From the NCBI GenBank assembly GCA_006226965.1, contig SBGQ01000068.1, positions 4,445 through 68,444 on the forward strand: a DNA stretch of 64,000 nucleotides, in the 5' to 3' direction. A model generated the notes under the pieces. It was not told the DNA's origin, made no database searches, and saw only the letters and a program-made list of their open reading frames with translations. The translations under genes were made by a program, and so were the position numbers. Of this stretch, positions 58,769-64,000 are shown piece after piece (the stretch's first letter is position 1; the number at the start of each line of letters is the position of its first letter). This DNA comes from a bacterium. GTDB lineage: Bacteria; Bacteroidota; Rhodothermia; Balneolales; M1805.

Positions 58769-61700
58769 ATGCTTAAAAAAAGTTCACTAGCAACATCAGC
58801 TCTTGCTGTTTTGCTCATCGCTGGTTGTGAGACGCCCGGCAAACCTAATTTCGAAGTCGAACAAAGGTTCGAATTTCCATTGCTACAACCTAAACAATTT
58901 TATTTCTTAGGTGGTTCAGACGCTTTTATTGATACTACTGCAAATAAAACAGATACCTTGTTCGCTGTTGGTGATAACGACGTAGTATTCATTTCTTTTA
59001 CTGATTCTGTTGAACTTGGAAACTTGGATGACGCCATACCAAGTATTGATATTGACCCCTCAACAGTCGAATCAGAAGTAGGTAGAATTGAAGTTGATGA
59101 TTTTACGTCAACTTTCGGCTCAGCCATTGGTATTATTGAACAGTCAGCCGAGGGAATGGATCCAACATCCGCTGAAGTTGGAAACATAAAACCTGAATTT
59201 AGCGGAAATGGTAGTTCTTCATTTTTCGATATTACCGGTCAAAATGCTCCCAATGCTGCAGATCCTCTAGTTGGATCATCACAAACCATCACAATTGATT
59301 TATCTGCAGGCACATTTAATTCTGCAACTATAGTTTCCGGTGGTTTATTAATCGATTTCGCAAATAATTTAGGTTTTAACATAGCAAGCCTAACGGCACA
59401 GCTTGTAACCGATGCCGATGCAAATCCTGCTGATTTAGGTTCAGTTCTTCAGTTTACAAATATTTCCCACGGTACTGATGTTTCCGGTATTATTTCTTTT
59501 AATGAGGGTGATGTTCTTCAGACTGACTTACAAATCAGAATCGATTTAACATGGGATTTACAAAACTATCAAGTAAATGCTCTAAATAGTTTAGATGTTA
59601 CTGCATCCGAAGAAAATTTAGTTGTAAGTGAAGCAAACGCTGAGGTTCCGGCCCAAGCATTAACTCCAACAACACCGGATATAGTAATAAGTGACCCGGG
59701 GTTTATATCTGCAACATTAGGTTCAAACAATCAATCTGTAAATCAGTTAGTTATTACTGTACAAAACGGTACTCAATTACCGCTTACAAACGCTGCATTT
59801 GATAATTTTCCGACCTTAACTTTAAAAAACTCAAATGGTGATGTTCTGGATGTAGCAAAAGAAATTCGTCCGGCTAATCCAATCGGTAACGCTTTAAATG
59901 CCGGTGAAACTGCTGAAGTTACATTTGATCTGGCGAATGAAGTTTTAACGAAAAACTTATCATTTGAATTAGATATGGGAACACTTGGCTCATCCGGTGG
60001 AACCATTTCTGTTGCAAATACTGATGCGATAAGTATCACAGCTACAACATCTGCTCTAGAGGTTTCAATTGCAAATGCGATTATTGATCCACAAACAGGA
60101 ATTGAATTATCAGATGAATCTGCAATTGATGGTGATTTTGCTAGAGCCGAAGTTGCTGACGGAGCTTTAAACTTAATCTTTTCAAATACATTAAGTATTC
60201 CGATGACCATTGAGACCTTGGTTATTTCAAATAAAAATGCGTTTGTAACAAAAAACACAAGTAGATACATAGCCGCCGGAACTGAGATCGGAAGCTTGTC
60301 AAATATTGTAATCCCTTCAAATTCTACTAAAACGGAGAGTATCGATTTAGCAGGAGTTGCTATTGGAGATGAAATAGTATTTGTTGCAACGGCTAGTAGC
60401 GATGGAAGCAATGGTGTTACCACTTCTTTAGCAGAGTCAGATGAAATTACCATTGATGTTACCGGTAGTATGTCTGTGAATGAGGCAGAAGCAAAATTAA
60501 AACCTCAAGATTTTAGTTCAACTGATGTAATAACAATCGATAAAGAAAACTTTGAATTTGCAGATGCAAGTCACTATGTAAAACTCAAAAGTGGTGAATT
60601 AGTTATCGATAATTTGATAAATGGATTGGATGTTAATCTTGATACGTTAACTATTTCAGTTCCGGCTATAAAAGATTTAGACGGAAATCCTTTATTGATT
60701 GGTTTTTATGGTGAGACACAGCACGGAACGATTTATCCAAAAATTGCTCGTAAAGAAAATGGTACAAGAGCACCGGTTGTTGTTGATTTAACCGGCTACA
60801 CCTTAGTCGCACCAAACAATGAGGTTGCTTATGATGTTTATGGTAAAACAGAAGACACCAATAACTCAACTGAACCATTTCGAGTTATTAAGTCGACTGA
60901 TAAGGTTAGTGCTACGTTGAATATCAACAGTCTTGAAATTGAAGAAGCTTTCGGTAAAGTTGTTAAGAAAGAAATTCTTTTAGGTGATGATGATGCTTCA
61001 AACGGATTGGATATTTTAGACTTACGAAATGATAATGAAGCAGAAGTTATTGAAAATGATGGACTTGACGATATAAGTGAGAAGTTGGAAAATCTCCAAT
61101 TAACAGGTGCAAGTCTTTCCATTCAGTATACTACAAACATTGGTGCACGAGCACAAGTTGTAATGGCAATTGCGGGCGAAGACAAAGACGGAAATCTTGT
61201 TTATTTACAAGGTAAAAATGATTTTGCTGTTGTTGATTCCGATCGCTCAGACTTATTATATGACGGCGGTGTATATCTCCCAAATGAAAATTTGGTGAAA
61301 TTCTCATTTGGAACAAATGCAACTCAACCAGTAAACTCTTATGATGGTTCAATTACATTTAATTCAACTAACTCAAATGTTGATGAGTTCTTAAGCAAAT
61401 TACCGGGGAAAATCAGAACATTAGGTTTTGCTGTTGTTAATCCTGATGATGCACCGTCAACGTTCATCGCAAATCCGATTGAATTTAAAACAGAATTAAG
61501 TATTGATATACCACTTTCGATTACAACAAGTGGTGATGGAATATCTGTAACCGAAGATATAGGTGAAGTAGATATCTTCGGAAATGTGCCCAGTGAAGAC
61601 GATAAGCTAAATCTTACAGAGTTAAAAATGAAGTTCAATTATGACAATGGTTTACCACTTGGTATTAACCTTGCTTTCGAATTCTTTGATGAGAACTCTG

Positions 61701-61954
61701 ACACCCTACAAATTGATTATCAACCCATATTAATTGAAGCCGCACCTATTGATGCTAATGGTTTTACGACTGGTGGAAATGAAGGAAGTGCTGAATTAAT
61801 ATTTAATAATGCAACGCAATTAAATCAAATTAAATCCATGCATTTAAAACTTCAAGTAGAAACTTCTCAGCGAGAAAATGTTCGAATACGAACCACCGAC
61901 TATATATCTGTTGGAATCTCGGCATCATCCACAGGTAATTTTAAACAAAATTAG
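58769..61954 (+). CDS. Large surface lipoprotein, no recognised domain
   Basis: The ATG at 58769 gives MLKKSSLATSALAVLLIAGC|ETP (lipobox). About 1060 aa, rich in Asn/Thr/Ser/Asp, with recurring G.L.I.F.N.L-type beta-strand segments. Confidence 0.6.
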   Translation: MLKKSSLATSALAVLLIAGCETPGKPNFEVEQRFEFPLLQPKQFYFLGGSDAFIDTTANKTDTLFAVGDNDVVFISFTDSVELGNLDDAIPSIDIDPSTVESEVGRIEVDDFTSTFGSAIGIIEQSAEGMDPTSAEVGNIKPEFSGNGSSSFFDITGQNAPNAADPLVGSSQTITIDLSAGTFNSATIVSGGLLIDFANNLGFNIASLTAQLVTDADANPADLGSVLQFTNISHGTDVSGIISFNEGDVLQTDLQIRIDLTWDLQNYQVNALNSLDVTASEENLVVSEANAEVPAQALTPTTPDIVISDPGFISATLGSNNQSVNQLVITVQNGTQLPLTNAAFDNFPTLTLKNSNGDVLDVAKEIRPANPIGNALNAGETAEVTFDLANEVLTKNLSFELDMGTLGSSGGTISVANTDAISITATTSALEVSIANAIIDPQTGIELSDESAIDGDFARAEVADGALNLIFSNTLSIPMTIETLVISNKNAFVTKNTSRYIAAGTEIGSLSNIVIPSNSTKTESIDLAGVAIGDEIVFVATASSDGSNGVTTSLAESDEITIDVTGSMSVNEAEAKLKPQDFSSTDVITIDKENFEFADASHYVKLKSGELVIDNLINGLDVNLDTLTISVPAIKDLDGNPLLIGFYGETQHGTIYPKIARKENGTRAPVVVDLTGYTLVAPNNEVAYDVYGKTEDTNNSTEPFRVIKSTDKVSATLNINSLEIEEAFGKVVKKEILLGDDDASNGLDILDLRNDNEAEVIENDGLDDISEKLENLQLTGASLSIQYTTNIGARAQVVMAIAGEDKDGNLVYLQGKNDFAVVDSDRSDLLYDGGVYLPNENLVKFSFGTNATQPVNSYDGSITFNSTNSNVDEFLSKLPGKIRTLGFAVVNPDDAPSTFIANPIEFKTELSIDIPLSITTSGDGISVTEDIGEVDIFGNVPSEDDKLNLTELKMKFNYDNGLPLGINLAFEFFDENSDTLQIDYQPILIEAAPIDANGFTTGGNEGSAELIFNNATQLNQIKSMHLKLQVETSQRENVRIRTTDYISVGISASSTGNFKQN

Positions 61955-61972
61955 TCAAGAGAGGGAAGAAGG

Positions 61973-63481
61973 ATGAATTCATTGAAAAAAATAAGTTCAA
62001 TTGTTTCAATATTGATTTTAGGGTTAGTTTTTTATCAATCAACAGAAGCACAGACACGCTACCAATCTGCTAAAACGATGGCTTTTGGCGGAGGAGGAAT
62101 AGCTTATCTTGGAGATTACGAAGCATTATTTACTAACCCGGCCAATATTTTTCACAGAAGAAAAAATACGTTTATGACGATTGGCGGTTTGGTTAATCTT
62201 AACCTGCAAGCGGGTGGCCCATTAGTAAACATCAATGCTTACAACAACTATTTTACAACGGGTAACAGAATTACTTTAAATCAATTAGATGACGAAGTGA
62301 TTCCTACTTTTTTTGGTGATGATGATTATCGTTCTATTGGCGTAAATCTAGATGTTATTCCTTTAGGATTTAGTTATGGTAACGACTCATGGGCTATTGC
62401 AATGGCTACAAGAGCTCGTGTAATAACTGACTCTCAAGTAAATGGTGGGTTGATGGCATTAATGGGTGGTTTTAATGAACAATTGTTTGGAATGGGCAGA
62501 GATGTCAATTTCAGGCAAGATGCTGTAGGATTTGCGGAAGTGTCTGCAGGTTTTGCCATGCCGGTATTTAGTATGGAAATGGATAATGGATTACATCGAT
62601 TAACTGTGGGTGTCGCTCCTAAGATGTTACTTGGAATTCACTATTCATCTATTAAATTCAATTCTACATTAAAGGTTATTGATGGAGTAGAGATTCGCCA
62701 TAATATAGATTACAGTATTTCTACAGTTGGTGGTGCTGCTGAAGGAATCGAACGATTTATTAATGACAGAGCTGCCATTGATACCTTAAAATTTGTTGAT
62801 TTATTTGATGGTGATTATTTAGATAACGCCTCTGATAATATCGCAAGTCCAACAAATGGAACAGGTTTCGGATTAGACCTTGGACTTACCTATGAATGGT
62901 ATCCGTCATTTAATAAAGACATGAAATTAACAGGAGCATTTTCTATTACAGATATTGGTTCCATTGATTTTAAAACTAATGCCGGCACATATGCCGCTGC
63001 CGGAGAGTTTTTATACAGTGGTTTTAATTATAATTCCGATCGTATTAAAAATGAATTCAATAGGAAATTTGGCGATTATTTAGAATATGTAATTTCAGAT
63101 TCATTGGCAGAAAACAGCTACGGTAATATCCAAAAAACGGGTAGTGGGTTTTCTTACAACCTTCCAACAATGATGAACTTTGGATTTATGCTGAACTGGA
63201 AAAGCTTAACTGTGATGACTGATTTTGGTAAGAATTTTTACACAGGTGGTTTAAGCAGTTCAAGTTTATATATGAGTACAGGTTTAGAATACCGAGTGTT
63301 TTCATTCTGGCCAATACGCTTAGGTACTCGATTTGGAGGTGCCTCAAGTGCTGCCTATTCTTTTGGTACGGGATTGGAATTCAAAAATTATGAGTTCACA
63401 TTAGGCGCAATACTTACACCTAAAACCGAATCAGGATTAATGTTGGGCCTTGGCTTAAGTACATTCACTCTCAGATTCTAA
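61973..63481 (+). CDS. Outer-membrane beta-barrel protein (TraF_2/DUF5723-like)
   Basis: 502 aa with a signal peptide. N-terminal block SAKTMAFGGGGIAYLGDYEALFTNPANI. Alternating strands end in LSTFTLRF. It lies 18 bp after the lipoprotein gene. Confidence 0.6.
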   Translation: MNSLKKISSIVSILILGLVFYQSTEAQTRYQSAKTMAFGGGGIAYLGDYEALFTNPANIFHRRKNTFMTIGGLVNLNLQAGGPLVNINAYNNYFTTGNRITLNQLDDEVIPTFFGDDDYRSIGVNLDVIPLGFSYGNDSWAIAMATRARVITDSQVNGGLMALMGGFNEQLFGMGRDVNFRQDAVGFAEVSAGFAMPVFSMEMDNGLHRLTVGVAPKMLLGIHYSSIKFNSTLKVIDGVEIRHNIDYSISTVGGAAEGIERFINDRAAIDTLKFVDLFDGDYLDNASDNIASPTNGTGFGLDLGLTYEWYPSFNKDMKLTGAFSITDIGSIDFKTNAGTYAAAGEFLYSGFNYNSDRIKNEFNRKFGDYLEYVISDSLAENSYGNIQKTGSGFSYNLPTMMNFGFMLNWKSLTVMTDFGKNFYTGGLSSSSLYMSTGLEYRVFSFWPIRLGTRFGGASSAAYSFGTGLEFKNYEFTLGAILTPKTESGLMLGLGLSTFTLRF

Positions 63482-63502
63482 TACTTACTTGTTACGATTC
63501 AT

Positions 63503-63531
63503 AAAAAAAGCCGGTTAAGCCGGCTTTTTTT
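63503..63531. terminator. Bidirectional Rho-independent terminator
   Basis: AAAAAAA-GCCGG-ttaag-CCGGC-TTTTTTT. Confidence 0.7.
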
Positions 63532-63552
63532 ATTTTAACTATTTGCAATCGA

Positions 63553-64000
63553 TTAACAATGAATATGTTCTTCTTTGAACGCTTTCCTTGGTTGTAAACC
63601 TAACGTTTCAAAAAGCATTTTATCAGCATCGTATCCATTATTTGCAGTCGTTAGAAGTTTTTCACCGGCAAAAATTGAATTTGCGCCAGCCATGAAACAT
63701 AAAGCTTGTTCTTCAATTGACATATAAATTCTTCCAGCAGAAAGTCGTACCATAGCTTTTGGCATCAGAATGCGAGCTGTTGCAATCATTCTAATCATCT
63801 CCCAAACAGAAACTCTTTTTTGATTTTCTAAGGGCGTCCCTTTAACCGCTACTAAAGCATTTACAGGAACACTTTCAGGATGGACGGCGAGAGTCGAAAG
63901 GGTATGAAGCATATCAACTCGGTCAGAATCAGACTCGCCTAGTCCAATGATTCCTCCGGAGCATACAGAAATATTAGATTTTGTTACATTCTCTATAGTT
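63553..64000 (-). CDS. bioB: Biotin synthase, C-terminal part (the ORF runs off the right edge)
   Basis: The minus-strand frame is open to base 64000. It reads ...[29 protein letters not shown]...[13 protein letters not shown]...ATARILMP...RLSAGR...[13 protein letters not shown], which are classic BioB blocks. Confidence 0.9.
   Translation of the reverse strand, partial: TIENVTKSNISVCSGGIIGLGESDSDRVDMLHTLSTLAVHPESVPVNALVAVKGTPLENQKRVSVWEMIRMIATARILMPKAMVRLSAGRIYMSIEEQALCFMAGANSIFAGEKLLTTANNGYDADKMLFETLGLQPRKAFKEEHIHC

Noticed and set aside
59773-60453. 226-aa minus-strand ORF, and other antisense ORFs at 58900-59187 and 60666-61638
   Set aside because: They are antisense to the 1063-aa lipoprotein gene. 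They are Ser/Ala/Val-rich mirror translations with no start context.
1-64000. Search for mobile genetic elements, prophage or defence islands (transposase, integrase, restriction-modification, toxin-antitoxin, cas)
   Set aside because: No ORF shows the corresponding motifs. tRNA-Leu is not flanked by an integrase or by direct repeats that I could see. RecBCD is the only nuclease system present, and it is canonical.

Overview
AT-rich chromosomal segment from a Gram-negative bacterium. A type IX secretion (T9SS) C-terminal sorting domain and many lipoprotein and outer-membrane genes point to the Fibrobacteres-Chlorobi-Bacteroidetes (FCB) superphylum. The methyl-accepting chemoreceptors suggest a motile Balneolota- or Ignavibacteriota-like lineage; this placement is inference only. 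No transposase, integrase, phage gene or CRISPR array is visible.

Gene content, left to right:
- recC(3' end)-recB-recD, translationally coupled
- MATE efflux pump
- cytochrome b561-type protein with a poly-Asp tail
- GHL10 lipoprotein
- two chemoreceptors and a multi-PAS histidine kinase
- SDR, Crp/Fnr, GNAT and sialate O-acetylesterase genes
- a minus-strand trio: MIO ammonia-lyase, phosphorylase-superfamily protein, spore-photoproduct-lyase-like radical SAM enzyme
- parvulin PPIase
- class II B12-dependent ribonucleotide reductase (nrdJ)
- TPR/AraC regulator followed by an esterase operon
- DUF5916-like outer-membrane protein
- UDG-family glycosylase
- a minus-strand block: propeller histidine kinase, NarL regulator, CheY-like receiver, 1615-aa FG-GAP/LamG/T9SS protein, tiny sorting-signal protein
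- tRNA-Leu(CAA)
- MFS transporter
- 7TM-DISM/PP2C phosphatase
- bioD-bioA, a large lipoprotein plus beta-barrel pair, then bioB (partial)

Most unusual signals:
1. A dispersed, tandemly amplified intergenic element at four or more loci (24.55, 28.14-28.33, 34.27-34.62, 39.31-39.49 kb). It has a GAAA-loop hairpin whose stem covaries between loci, a conserved ATCTGGGAAT-type box and a conserved GCGTA plus T-run. It always lies 3' of a gene in the same relative orientation.
2. The lyase/phosphorylase/SPL-like radical SAM trio.
3. A roughly 70-aa protein that is little more than a signal peptide plus a P-I-D-G-G/hydrophobic/Lys-rich C-terminal sorting signal, sitting behind the giant T9SS protein.
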